Part shown: piece after piece, positions 49,853-64,000 of the stretch
Layout of the letters: every line of letters begins with the position of its first letter
How positions within the stretch are numbered: the first letter of the stretch is position 1
DNA from: Euprymna scolopes
Taxonomy: Eukaryota
Reading direction: 5' to 3' (one strand)
Assembly: GCA_053919585.1 (NCBI GenBank)
Contig: CM132800.1
DNA length: 64,000 nucleotides
Notes under the pieces: model-generated
Database searches by the model: none
The model's input: only the letters and a program-made list of their open reading frames with translations
What the model was told of the DNA's origin: nothing
Position numbers and translations under genes: made by a program

Positions 49853-50260
49853 AAAAAACAACAACCAATAAAAAAGATGAAAAACAACAACTAATAAAAA
49901 TGAAAATAATAAAAATAAATTACTATAGCATGCGTCTATATTATATACTTATGCACGCAGGAAAAATTATGCATGCAGGAAAAATTTAATACAAAATTAG
50001 ATTAGGGAATAGCAGTGGACAATGGCATAATAGATTATTTTATTGCTATACTAATTAAGTGATTTATTTTGCGCTACGAAGCAGATACTTTCAAGAATTG
50101 TAAATGTCAACTGAACTAAAGGAATAAATAATAAGACGGTCAATATCATGAATTTTTGGAATATAGTTTTAGTCATTTATTCACTATATTGCTTCGTAAT
50201 TACATTGAGCTTCTTAAATAAGTATTCGTATATATTATAAGAAAATATATTTCTACAGAA

Positions 50261-50340
<80 letters not shown>

Positions 50341-50439
50341 AAAATTAACACAAGTGCCAAAATACGCAGGTGCGTAGTAGCACAGAAAATTATTCTATTT
50401 ATTACAATGTGACGTTCTCCATGAAAAAAATAAAATCAT

Positions 50440-50715
50440 TATTGATTTTTCTGATTTGAGAAACCCTAATTTTTCACTTGGAATATTAATACTTTTTCTT
50501 CGCTGGCAATGGGTGCATCGGGACGCCTGCAGTAAAATTTGCAGTAATTAAATGCACTCGTTTCGTAGGGATTCCTTGAAATTTTTGCAGGAGCAAAGGC
50601 TTCTGACAAACAGAACAGTTTCCCTAAATACTCAAATTGACATCACATTATAAAACAGCATTATTGGACTTGGCGTGATTGAATAATGAAAAGCGAAACG
50701 AGTGCATAATCTCCG
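50440..50715. repeat. Diverged repeat; second copy ~61395-61675
   Basis: Shared gctggca.tgggtgcatc, aatgcactcg, ttattggacttggc. Confidence 0.75.
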
Positions 50716-52229
50716 TTATTTTAAATTTGTCTTTCGATCTAGATGTGTACTTGTATCGATTATTATGAACTCAAACTGAGGTTTATGTATGTCTCAGAAT
50801 CGAGGAATTCAGATTCGAACTAAAAAATCTAATTGGAAAATAACATTTTGTTTTTTCTCATTGTTTGGAGGTTTCAATTATTGATTCAATTTTTTTTTCT
50901 CTCATAATAACGTATTGTAAAACACTTAATAAAATTCATGGAAAATATTACAAAATATATATTTCTATGATAAAAATATTCATAAATTTGTCCTAATTAA
51001 TAAAATAATTCTCAGAGACTGTATCTTTTTATGTAACAGGCGTTTATATTAAACTAGCATACCTCCCGGTGTTGACCAGTCAGAAGATACGCTTAAATAT
51101 GATATATTATATCATGCAGATTACGTATTTATTATTATAGACAATTCGGTATTGATTATTATATTGTACCCAATCTATAGTAGTGAGATGAAACTAAAAT
51201 ACATGTATATGACTTGGGCGGCATCAGCTAGAATCAGAACCAAAACAAGCAACTCTCCACTTTCATCCCTTAACCCCTNNNNNNNNNNNNNNNNNNNNNN
51301 NNNNNNNNNNNNNNNNNNNNNNNNNNNNNNNNNNNNNNNNNNNNNNNNNNNNNNNNNNNNNNNNNNNNNNNNNNNNNNNNNNNNNNNNNNNNNNNNNNNN
51401 NNNNNNNNNNNNNNNNNNGGGTTTAGGGATGAAAGTGGAGAGTATATATATGCACTAGACTACTCGTGACCCGTTGAGTCAGTATATTATATTAGCTATA
51501 GAATTGATGTATGAGCGTGCCGCTTGTGACGTAAAGAAAATAGTTTTTTTTTTACATAACAGAAACATTTCTATGAAAGTATATTAAAATGAAAAGAGAA
51601 TATAGATAGATTTCTATGAGTCGTTCTGTTTTCTATTAATGCTTATTTTTGAAAAGATTTTTTTACAGTTACTGAATTATAAGTGGTTGGCCATAATTAT
51701 AGGTAAATGTACACTAAACAGATACCATAATACTTAATATAGTTAAATTCAAATTTTGAAATATCTGCTTTTTTTTTTACATCGTTCATTGCTGTATTAC
51801 GTTTAAGCTATTTTAAACCTCACTCTTTCTATGCTAAATAATAATATCAAAATAATAACGTTAAGGTTTCAGCGTCCTAATTGTTATTTTTTCGCGTTTA
51901 AATTATCCCAATAAACAATTGTTAATACTGTATGTTTCTTTTACATCATTCATTTCTGTATTACGTTTAAGGTATTTTAGACCGCACTCTTCCCATGTTA
52001 AATAATAATTTCGAAATAATAAGTTCATATTTCAGTGCGCATTTCATGTCGTAAACCGGAAAGTGGGTTACATACATNNNNNNNNNNNNNNNNNNNNNNN
52101 NNNNNNNNNNNNNNNNNNNNNNNNNNNNNNNNNNNNNNNNNNNNNNNNNNNNNNNNNNNNNNNNNNNNNNNNNNNNNNNNNNNNNNNNNNNNNNNNNNNN
52201 NNNNNNNNNNNNNNNNNNNNNNNNNNNNN

Positions 52230-52710
52230 ATTTTCATAAGCTACAAATCAGTACGCCCTACCCTATAAAAATAGGCTATGCTACAAATGAAACAAACCGC
52301 ATGATCACCTCCGTTAGGAAATTTCAACAAGTCCTCAAACAAAATTAATACCCTTCACAAACGCTACAGCGCATTAATACATCGAACAGAAAACAACCAC
52401 ACACACTATCCAACACATGCTTTCTCAAAAATACCGTATATATTCAGTGTATCCAGTCCAATGCACCATATGCAATGAGTCATACATGAGAAGTTCAATC
52501 AGACCGTTGCATATATTGATCAAAGAACGCATTACCAAAAAGACTTTGTCTTTTTACAAAAACCTTTCTCACAACCCTATAATAAAAATATAATTGCAAC
52601 TGAAATAGATCAAGGAAACCTCAGATTAAAAGAACCGATATTGATCAAAAATTTAAAACCAAAAATTTATAATAAAACCGAAAAATCTAACATCTTCCTA
52701 ATAAAGACAC
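52230..52710 (+). mobile_element. Decayed Penelope-like GIY-YIG fragment
   Basis: QCTICNESYMRSSIRPLHILIKE ... LRLKEPILIKNLKPKIYNK. Confidence 0.7.
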
Positions 52711-53342
52711 AGGCAGATAAATTACTCGCCTTCGAAGACTTATAGTATTAATTTCCATAGTTTAAGTAAAGTACTAAAAAAAGTACAAAAAATACCAAAT
52801 TAACGTAATTTTAAAAATAATTGCCTTATAAGATCTAAGCAGATTAATTACTTTCTTTACACTGAGTCGCGGAAAGATTTCCATTTAGATTAAAAAATTT
52901 GGACAGAACTACAAAATTATTTCTCTTAGATTGGAAAAAAAATACTAAAAACGAAATTAAAAAGGATAACAGAATTACCTTCCATTGACAATTAACGTAA
53001 TCTTTAAACTTAAACAAATAACGTTAAAAAAATTTAAAACATAACTGCCTCTTAAATTAATCCTAAAGGGGCAGCATAAAGAGTCTATAAACATTTTCTA
53101 CTTTTTGAAAATCGAAGTTGCTCCCGAAAATATTTGAGGAATATACCATCTATGGTCAAGAATATACTATCTATAATCAAGTAAATAAGTATTTAATTTA
53201 AACTATTGAATAGTTAATATTATATATTTATTTATCTGTTTTCAACGACTGAATAATTCCTGCATTGACAAGCCTTCAAACACACCTTTTATCGGATAAG
53301 CAATGCTTCAAGCTAAATACGACACACTTCTTATATATACAC

Positions 53343-53422
<80 letters not shown>

Positions 53423-54691
53423 TGATTCTTTGAGGGATAAAAAATTTATATAACGCAATCATGAAGGGATAATTTACATTCATGACTAAAACTTTTAAAA
53501 TACAGTCAACATATGCAATAAAGTTAACGGGGTGAGGAGAAGAGCAGAAATAAATTGGGGAAGTTAGCTGACCGGTTTCGCCCTCGTTTATCAAAGCTGT
53601 ATCGAGGGATTTGTTTTGGAGAAAACAAAACACGAATGGGAATAGAAAATATGTACATATAAACATTTATTAGTACATATTTTCGATTCTCATTCGTGTT
53701 TTTTTTTCTGAAAACAAATTCCTCGATATATATTGTCATAATATTTGGCAAAAAAATGTTTATCTTGTGAATGTCAGAATAATTATGCCAGAAATTTGCT
53801 CACAACTTAATGTTTATCAAATATTTCGACTTCATAGATCCGTTACCCAAATAAATAGCTCGACGTTGTTCGGGATTGGATGAGGATAAACGAATGTTTA
53901 CCCTCCTATACTTTCATTATAATCGAAATCTATAAAATTGCACATTTTTAATTAAATCGATTGATTATATGCACTACTTGAGGATGTCCCATCTCCATGT
54001 ACCGGAAGAAAGCTTCATATGCTTCTCCATAGTGACATAGTTTACAATAAATTATAGTCTTCATTGCACTGTAAGGGATCTACTGTTAATTTTATGAAAT
54101 CATTTTTTATATATCATGGTTGATTAAATATATCATTTTTAATATATCATGGCTGACTGGTTTAAAATGCAAAAGTCAAGTATCAAACTTCAATCGCGCT
54201 CTAAACAGAAACATTCATTTTGCACGCACCTCCGTCTTATCAGAGAATAAACTGTTTATTTTATTAAATTACTTTTACATAATCACCGGAAGTAAAGTTA
54301 AACATCAAAAGTAAAGTATCATGGTTCAGTTGTACTCTAAAAAGAAACACCAATTTCGAACAAGTCCTTCTTATAAAAAATCTACAGTTTATTATATCTG
54401 AGCCTTTCTGCTTGTGAGGTGATAAAACTTCTCACGTACATTTGTTATGTTAGGTTGTATACAAGTGTTAACCTTGGTCAAAATCGGACTTCTTTCTCTA
54501 TTAGATTTGTTCGATTATCGATCTTTGATACTTGTATGACGCATTCCAATACAAATCCTACGTAATAACACCCACGTACAAATAAAGACTGTTCGTGCAG
54601 AATTTCTACAAAATGGGCTCAGCCGTTAATGAGTTTATAGGGAACGAACTCACAAGTACACACACAGACCAAGTACCATTTTATATAATAG

Positions 54692-54754
<63 letters not shown>

Positions 54755-56357
54755 ACGTATTTTAGTTCTGTCGTTTTTCGTAAACTATAAATATTTTCTG
54801 GATGCATCCTTTTCACTGATCGGATGCGAACGTTTTCCGCAATTATAAGCAGAATCGGAAAGGTCGCACTACATATTATTCACTGATCATCATCGTTTTT
54901 CGTTTTATAACCTTTCCACGCAGATGGTCGATAAAAGGAGAATTATTTCCCGTTTTTGATTCCACTATCTCGCATAAATTTTAAAAAAAAAAAAAAAGTA
55001 AAACAAATTTGGCCTTTTGAGAATCGCGGACTAAAAGTTAGGAGTGTTCAACTTAAACATGGGATTTGTTAGAACTCTCAAACGCAATGGTCGATCCCTT
55101 TTCCCCCAATATATTTTTATTTTTTGTTTTTGCTATTCATGGATAGATTTTTATTAGAATGGTCACTGCTCTATTAATGACTTTTTAGATGAATCCATTG
55201 TCGTCCATACAAAAGTTTCTAATTAAAAATGCTATAAGATACAGTCCGTCTTCTACATTGGTACCATAATTTATATTAATCGGGGTATTGGAGCTACTGT
55301 TCTTATCTTGGTCGTTCTCATAACAAAGTTTCGGTCGAGGTAACCTCCTACCTTCTGCAAAATGAAAGGAGTCGTAGTGTAACAAATAAAATACGAAGTA
55401 AAATGTGAGTTCTTATATAGAGTTTCTGGAGGTGGCAGATCAAATCTTCAGTGCAGACGATCCTAAGAATAATTTTACGAATTCTATCCGTTCATGGGTG
55501 ATGGAACAATGATATACTAGACTGTTGGGTTTATGAAGAGTAACCGTCGATATTATGTAATTCACCCAACATTAAAGCCGATATAATCCCCAACCTTATC
55601 CAGGTGCAAGGAATTCGCGACGTAAACGATTAAGTTCTAAGTTTAAATTCAAGACTAAGTGACACTCTTCTAGGGTTTGAAAGTTCAACTCGCAATGAGG
55701 GTGATATTAAAAATGAATCTGTTATTTTTTGTCGGTCATGGCGCGTGAAAAGAAAACACGTTACCCCGTGTATTAAATAAATAGTTCTTGACGAAATTCC
55801 GTACAGATTCCCTTGTTCGACAGGAAGATTCCCGAGTTGGACAAGATGCACCAGACAAAATGTTACAATGTTACAAAATGGGAGAAATAGCCTGATTAAT
55901 TTAAATGAGATAGATAAGATTTGTAAGAAGCTATTTCCCTTGTAAACTTTGTTGGGTTATAATGCTTAAGTTTGAAATAAAATTTTAACATTCGTACAAT
56001 AATCTTTAAAAAAAGTTGTCTCAATCAATCGTCCAGTTTTAGGTTCGAAATACTTTTTAGAAGTTAATGCCACAATTTAAATCAACGAATCTTAAAATAT
56101 CTCCTTGGTCTCTGCTCATATAATTGATGACTGTGTACTTCCTTAATATTTCTGAATTATTTTTAAATAACTACAAAACATACCCGTCCTATACCTGTAA
56201 ATTTAGCCAAATCAAAGTGTTTAAATTATTACGAAGGGTTTTAGGCACTTTTTAATCTTTTCACGTAAAACTAATTTAAATGCAGCCCGAGATTTTTTTA
56301 TCGCTCACACCTAACAGCTGCTGCCAAAATGCATACTCCTCATGAAATTAGTAACGG

Positions 56358-56423
<66 letters not shown>

Positions 56424-56425
56424 TA

Positions 56426-57070
56426 CTAGCAAAAGTACCCGTCGTTGACTGGGTTCAAAAACAGCCTACAGAAAATGGACACTGATTTATGAAAGTATGA
56501 TAGGTTATGAAAAGGAAGGGTCGTAAAGAGATAGCTTCCAATTTGGGGGTATCAAAACCAAATCAAAATATGATGACAGTAAAAATAAAATAGATAAACC
56601 CCATCATTTATTATACCATACCTGTTCACACTCAAACACTTATCATAATATTCTGTGGATATATATTAAAAAATCTTGTTAAACTTTGTGATATATTTCC
56701 ATTCTATGGAGGTCAGGCGCGAACATACACCCATAATTTTATTATACCATATTTCTTCAAACTGAAACATAATTATCAAATTATACTTGCGCAGATAGAT
56801 ATGAAAAGGCTTTATTAAAGTTTGTGCCTATTTCCATTCTATGGAAGCCAGGCGCGAACGCAGACCCCACAATTGTATTATACTATCCCTATTTAAGTTA
56901 AAACATACTTATACAAGTATTATTATGTACATATATATCAAAAACACTTGTAAACGTTTTTTTTTTTTTCATTTTAATTTTTTTATTGCCATACTTTGTG
57001 GATCAGGCCCGAACGCTGACCCCACAATTTTAATGACCCACCGTTCTGCCAGATCAAACATACCCATTCC
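56426..57070 (-). mobile_element. Helitron-like 3' end with ~135-bp degenerate internal tandem repeats
   Basis: CTAG 56426 + cccgtcgttgactggg hairpin; cca.t.....gg...caggc.cgaac units near 56700, 56835, 56990. Confidence 0.6.
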
Positions 57071-57887
57071 TGTGTCTCGATACATCTTCTATCATTATAT
57101 GTGATCAGTTTTCTATAATAGTCAACCATATANNNNNNNNNNNNNNNNNNNNNNNNNNNNNNNNNNNNNNNNNNNNNNNNNNNNNNNNNNNNNNNNNNNN
57201 NNNNNNNNNNNNNNNNNNNNNNNNNNNNNNNNNNNNNNNNNNNNNNNNNNNNNNNNNNNNNNNNNNNNNNNNNNNNNNNNNNNNNNNNNNNNNNNNNNNT
57301 CTTTACTATAATAATTGTTAAATACCTACAGATACTAGTATTTGGTGTCAGGGATTTCTTTAGTAGAAATGGTAGCTTTGTAAACAACTGAGGTTATTAA
57401 GCAATTTCCTTTCATGGGGCATTCAGACTTTCTTCTACATTTGCATATTATATTATAGCATATTATATTATATCATATTATCACTATCTAAATACTTTAA
57501 TGAGTTAATAAGAGAGCTTACACCTCTTCGTCTAAATATTCACCTTGCTTCCTATGCCTTTATGAGAAACTATTTATTATAACGTTTCGGGAAATAGATA
57601 AGTTCCTAAACAAAAAACAAGAAAGTTCTATTAATTGCAAACACTATAAGAAATACCTCCTTTCTAACCTCAATGTAATCTGAAGACTTAAACACTCCTT
57701 AAATACATACATAATATATAGCCGCACTTACCTTGCTGTCACCTATATATCCCTTTCATTTCATTCTTGATTCGCCTATATTTAGTATCTAGCCCTCCAT
57801 ACACCCTTATATAATCATAAACAACTACATATCGTTATTTCAGAGACTCATCTATCTTTTATGACATACGCACAGACACACACACAC

Positions 57888-57937
<50 letters not shown>

Positions 57938-58694
57938 AGTCTACATTAGTTTTTTGCCAACACGTCTGGACTTCTGTTCCTACCTATATTGTAAACGTAG
58001 TTATTGCCATACCCATCGCCCACAACCTAATCCTAATAACTTTCATGTTACATATGGATATATACTTATATGTAGCCTGAGTTCTTCTCCTCCTCGTTAG
58101 TATATGTTTCTATTCTTGTATAACAAAAATTAACTTTAAATATAGTTTGGATGTAGAAAATGGTCTTGGGACCGACAACGTTTTGCTGTTTACCACTGTA
58201 TTATATATCTGTGTATGCATAAATGCGTATTCGTATGTGTAAGTACTTTATGTATGTGTCTATTTGTATTTGCGTGTGTATATATGTTCTTATCTCTTAA
58301 TACTATCTTACAATTCTGAAATGATTTTCAAATCCATGAAGTAAACCCAGAACCACTCAACTCCAATCTATACTTAAATAAAAAAAAAACAAATATATTA
58401 TAAACTTTAATTAATAACAAGTATAATGAATAATTTACATAACACATATAACAATGTGATAAAATTTACACCTTTTATAACTCATTATGATGTGATAATA
58501 CTAATTATTGCTTACTAAAAAATAATATGCGCGCATATTCACATTTGTATATCCATATAGATCTGCATACGTTTTGATATACCCGATTAAATTTTAAATT
58601 CTCTTAATAATTCCATAATCGCTTTTGATCGCAAATTTTAAATTTAAATATGATTAATTTTTATTAATTTTAATATACTTATATTATTTACTTC

Positions 58695-58744
<50 letters not shown>

Positions 58745-58827
58745 TGTATAATAGTATCTCTGTACGTATGTTTATTTTTGTAGCTATCCGTCTGTGTATA
58801 CTTACTGTGTGCATAGGTACATGTATC

Positions 58828-58867
<40 letters not shown>

Positions 58868-59212
58868 CATATAAATTTATATATATATATACTTGTGATT
58901 GTTTGTGTATGTATACATATAGATGTGTATTCGTGTGTGTATTTATTCTTGTATGTATGTATATATATATATATATATATGTGTGTTTCAGTGTGTGCGT
59001 GCGTATGTATGCATATGTATATTTTGTGCATATATATGTATATGGATGTAATTCTCTATATAAATATATCTGCATTAGTAATCTTTTCATTCTCTATTAT
59101 AGTGACAACCCTCTAGTTGGCACTTTTTTTTTACAGCCATAAAATGTTTCAATCATAGTCCTTTATTTTCCTTGTTTGATATATGAATTATAAAATATCT
59201 GATATTTTTACA

Positions 59213-59528
59213 AAACCTCTGGCCTTTATGGAAACAAACACTTGCTTCTATGGTTTAAAATCTGAAATAATAGCAAGGGGAGGCTTGATTCCAAATATTT
59301 CTCACATTATAACATATGATCAATCTTTGGTTTTTATATATAAAGTAATTTCGAAGTGTATGAGTATCAATTTATACTAAGGATATTCAGAATCGTGCCA
59401 TATTTTCAGAAGAGGGAGAATAACGGCTGAGAAGTATTTGGAATCAAGTCTTCACGTGCTGTTATTTCAGATCATTTGAAACCATTGCATCAAGATTTAG
59501 TCTTTCCCTCCATCAAGGCCAGAGGTTT
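59213..59528. mobile_element. MITE-like element with ~95-bp imperfect TIRs
   Basis: aaacctctggcc..tctgaaataa..cttgattccaaata vs tatttggaatcaag..ttatttcaga..ggccagaggttt. Confidence 0.75.
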
Positions 59529-59574
59529 GTCCAGGCGTTAATACTCTTAAATATGATATTTTGATTTGTCCAGA

Positions 59575-60410
59575 TTTTTTTTTTACATGGAAGTCACCGC
59601 TTATCACGGCTAAGGGTTATTGCGTGTACAGTAATCAACGGGATAGTATCGTAGTAATTATTAGTATTGGAGATTTGATAAAGTGTCTTACTTAAGGGGG
59701 CGGTTCGTCAGGAATTTGTTTATGCGGGACTTGAAGACATCCAAGTTGTAATTAGATGGGAAACAGGCAGACGGATGAGAGTTCCACTGGCGTGCATTTC
59801 TAAGAAAGAAGCTTTGTTCATAGAACCTATGTTTTGGCTTTGGCACGAGTGGTGAAAATATTTGGCAGTGGTTGTTTAGACGGGTGTTTATCGTGAAAGT
59901 TTGGTGAGAGGGGACCAGGGATTGGAGTTCAGACGAGCACTTGCCATTTAAATAACGATAAAACGACAGGCTCGCAACGTCTCTTCTGTGGGAGAGAGAT
60001 TGCAGGGAAGAGGTTGCAGGGAAGCGAAAAGGGCATCCCCCACTAAGTCACGAAATCTATTTTGTACTCTGTCAAGGCAGGATACGTTGTTTTTAGCAGC
60101 TCCTGTCCAGATGTGGCAGCACTACTCCATTCATGGGCGTACTTGGCTTTTATATATAGAGAGAATAGAATCGGCAGTGAGATAGCTTCTGGAGCGGTAG
60201 AAGGATCCTACTATTTTTCCAGCGATCTTGGCAAGGAACTGGATGTACGTGTTCCATTTCCGGTCAGGAGTAAAGGTCAAACCTAGAAGCTTGTCAAAAC
60301 ATGGAGCCTCCTCTAGACGACCGCCATCCATTTCAATTGACGCCAGATGGGTCTCAGAGCGTTGATGATGTAAAGATAGGAGCTTGGTTTGTGATGCATT
60401 AAAGGTAACT
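59575..60410 (-). mobile_element. 5'-truncated CR1/L2-group LINE, same family as 40432-41013
   Basis: FDKLLGLTFTPDRKWN..YKSQVRP, 3' UTR and T run at ~59576. Confidence 0.92.
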
Positions 60411-60579
60411 TTTATATATATTATTGAAGAATCGCGATTTTAAAAGTAAACAAAAAAAATCTGAATGCCATCAGTTAGAATCGAAATCGAAACATTCAAA
60501 TTTTGTGGTGTCGTAAGTGTACCAAAATGACACGGTTAAGAATAGACAAAAAAAAACATTAAAAATTAAAAGTAAACTG

Positions 60580-60632
<53 letters not shown>

Positions 60633-61103
60633 AAATGTATAACTATTTTTTTTAAATTTTAACCCATTTTTAAAAACTATGACCTTTAAAAGCTGTTTTA
60701 ACCGGCTAACGGGTTGAACGGGTTGTAAAAAATCAGATCATTTGAGACCCCTAGTGCCGTTCTGTGATTTTTAGTTTCGGATAGAGTTTGAAAATATGGA
60801 AACCGACAGATAGCTGTTTATATATTATATATACTCCTATAATTTTGTGTATTAAAATTCATATTAAAAAAAAACTCCTTTTGTATTTATTTAAAAAGAA
60901 AATACAACTTTCTTATATATAAGTCGTAGAATTGCAGTCATTAGCAAAAGATCTAGTTAATGGACATATTCTTTTAAACATTCATTTACGTGTAATTATA
61001 TGGATGCAGATGTTTTATATGATTTATACTGGTGTAATATTTGCGTAAAAAAGCTTCTAGCAAACACAAAACTTCTTCTATATATGTATGCATATATATT
61101 TTT

Positions 61104-61149
<46 letters not shown>

Positions 61150-62381
61150 AACATGTATATAATATATATGTATATCAGTATATANNNNNNNNNNNNNNNN
61201 NNNNNNNNNNNNNNNNNNNNNNNNNNNNNNNNNNNNNNNNNNNNNNNNNNNNNNNNNNNNNNNNNNNNNNNNNNNNNNNNNNNNNNNNNNNNNNNNNNNN
61301 NNNNNNNNNNNNNNNNNNNNNNNNNNNGAATGTATAAATGCGGAATTGCACAGTAAAAATGTCCGTTTATTGCAACAGAACTTTCTGCACGAAAATAATT
61401 ATTGATCTATTTGATTTGAGAAGCCTTTATCTTGCATTTTTATATTCATACATTTCTTTGCTGGCATTGGGTGCATCATGCTGCTTGCAGTAGAATTAGA
61501 AGTGATTGAATGCACTCGCTTTGTGGCACTTTCTTGCGAATTTTGGCTAGTAACAAGAGTTTCTGGCAAGCAGAATACTATACCCAAATAATACAACGAA
61601 TCTCACTGTACTCAAACTAGCTTTATTGGACTTGGCACAATTTAATTATGAAATGTAAACAAGGGCATGATCCCAATCTATTTCTATTTGTTTTAAAGCA
61701 CATATATATCTTTTTATCTATTATTATTAACTAACATTTAGGTTCCTGGACGTCTCTGAACTTGAATAATTAATACGGTAAAGGCCAATTCGCTTAAATA
61801 TCCCCTTTTGGGAAAAGTACTGATAATACGGACAGGAAACGTTTTAGCGAATTGCACCGGAAGTTACTACAATAGATTTTAATTCTTCGAATTCTTTTCA
61901 TTTCGCTAATCGATGATTAAAACGTTTCTATTAGCATTTTCTAAAAGGAAAAAGTTCATCCCTGTTCAGTGCAACCATGACACGTCTATGAAATATATAA
62001 TATAGTTGTGATACAGCATAACAATATTCCTGAGGATTACTATACAATCTCCAACTTCACGGGTTGCGAACTCTTGATGATGATTTCGTCTGCAACAATT
62101 ATTAGTGTAACGGAACAGCTGATTATCAAATAGACCACGGTAATAATTACGATTAATAATTGTATAAAACCTCGTTAGATGCAACTACTTGCGGCGATTA
62201 TTCCGGTAGGGTGTTGGTTATAGCTTTTTATTATCGACTCGATAGTTGTTGCTTTGATTTCGACCTTGAAATCGTTACTGATCTAGGCACACTGAAGAGA
62301 GGAGATGCAGCAAAAAATTATGTATGTGGATTACTCTCACTCCTTCTGTCTCTCTCTCTTTTACACACACTCTCTCTCTCT

Positions 62382-62427
<46 letters not shown>

Positions 62428-62553
62428 GCGCGCTAAGTTGCACTTAAAGTCTTTTAATTAAGATCGCAGGCACAGATTAGGATATTATACTCACAAGACC
62501 ACTCTAGTGATGTAGATATTTATGTATATGTTAATTTCAACTGTATATCTCAA

Positions 62554-62690
62554 GGTTACCGTTAGCCGTGTGGTTTGTTCCTTGCTAATAAAGTCAGAGA
62601 CGGCTTTGTGGCGGGTTCGAATTTTCTGACCGGCTACAATCGTAACTCCTAGCACTGATGATGCCCTAACTGATTAAATACTAGTGTATG
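62554..62690 (+). ncRNA. Possible tRNA-derived SINE head followed by half a hammerhead core
   Basis: TAGCCGTGTGG (A box-like), GGTTCGAATTT (B box-like, 62614-62624), then caCTGATGAtgccc; GAAA half is missing. Confidence 0.4.
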
Positions 62691-62733
62691 TAGTAGTAGT
62701 ATAGTGTAGGTATTAAAAAAAATTATTGTAATA

Positions 62734-62770
<37 letters not shown>

Positions 62771-64000
62771 CCTCTTTACAGTTTTTTAAATTTGTAAGGA
62801 AACATCGATAGCATTTTATGTCTATTTCTATAAACAAAATACAATTTGCCAAATCCCTATGTCTATTATCCTTTTTTTTATCTAGATCAAACTCTATGAA
62901 GTACGTTTAATTCTAGATACTATCTAAAACTTATAGTCTATGCATCAGACATTTCGATAAGTAACTGTAATTCCAACACCATTGCTTTTTTGGCGTGAAA
63001 TGTCTGTTGTTACAACTTCACTATAAATTTCAAATATCTAACTTTAAAATACGAAAAAGAAACCAAAATATACAGAATATTTATTCATATCCAATGCATA
63101 TTACTCAAATTTAGTAAAGGTCAGAGTTATTTAAATTCTTACGAAAAGTGTACATCCGACGTATGTCAATATATCATTTATGTATACATTGAACAAGAGA
63201 GAAGTAACTTGGACAAAATCTTTCATTATTCTTGCTGTCAATAATATGACTTTTATTATTATTAATATGTTGCCAATCAAAGACTTGAACGTAGAATGTA
63301 AACAAAAATTAGTTTGCAGTTTTCTTGTTATTCATTGCTGTCATTGTGTTATTATTTTCGCGTCACCTCATTGAACTTATACATGTCTATATTGGATATG
63401 ATTCAGACGGTCGAAAGACTATTGGCCACAAGGATTTAATTAGTTTTCAATATCATCCATGTGAACTGTTAATACAACTATAGTAAGCTGAATAATTGAA
63501 AAACACACCAGAAATAAGCAATGTTAATTCATTGTTGTGGACCGGAAATTGTGTTCATATTCGTGACTATAATGAACCTCATCTCCATATTTTCTGATGA
63601 CTTATTTAGGCGCGCCTTATAATATAGCACTTGAGAGAGTCAGTGTAATTTTAAAAAAATATGCTTATAGAAAAAAACATTAACTTCAACATAGGTGTAA
63701 AATGTTATTATAAATTACAAAGCTCACACAACAATGTAAGAGCGATAGAGTAAAATTAGTTAAGAATTAGGGCTTCGTTTAGATTACAAGTTAATGAAGA
63801 CGTACTTTGTTTTATATTCATTATACTGCATTTATAGTGAAATTCGAAAACTGATATCAATTACGGCTTGCAAACTTATCACATAAATATGACACAATAT
63901 CCATAACCAACGATTACATGTGTCGTGTCTATTACAAAACTTTTTTAGCGGGACAATACTTTCACCAGCATTGGTATCATTAAGTTTTGCATCCGATCCT

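Larger units (their letters stand above)
49218..49926. mobile_element. Hammerhead-bearing, tRNA-headed non-autonomous retroelement (Penelope-type inverted structure)
   Basis: ~190-bp inverted arms (49261-49456 / 49742-49927); candidate TSD agcatgc(a/g)tcta(c/t)a at 47491-47504 and 49927-49940. Confidence 0.65.

Noticed and set aside
50440-50715. piggyBac C-terminal Cys domain in this repeat and 61395-61675
   Set aside because: No consistent reading frame or Cys spacing between the two copies

Overview
AT-rich eukaryotic (probably invertebrate animal) genomic window with many (TA)n microsatellites and seven N-gaps, dominated by nested transposable elements. No recognisable intact host gene is present. 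Main elements: (1) a 7.06-kb minus-strand Gypsy-type LTR element (12715-19769) with near-identical ~1.7-kb LTRs, PBS, PPT, TATA target duplication, a gag-like ORF and a decayed env remnant (furin site, F-type fusion peptide, TM segment) but no detectable pol; (2) a composite insert at 49218-49926 with a tRNA-like Pol III head and two outward-facing minimal type I hammerhead ribozymes in an inverted repeat, resembling a Penelope-dependent SINE/retrozyme; (3) three Tc1 elements and one irritans-type mariner, two Tc1 copies being one frameshift from intact; (4) CR1/L2-group, RTE and Penelope fragments; (5) about ten Helitron-like 3' termini with three head-to-tail junctions; (6) a tandem pair of long palindromes and several inverted duplications flanking TA runs. 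A few phase-compatible minus-strand candidate exons (20.7-26.9 kb) may belong to an unidentified gene. All similarities were judged by eye; no searches were run and coordinates of decayed repeats are approximate.
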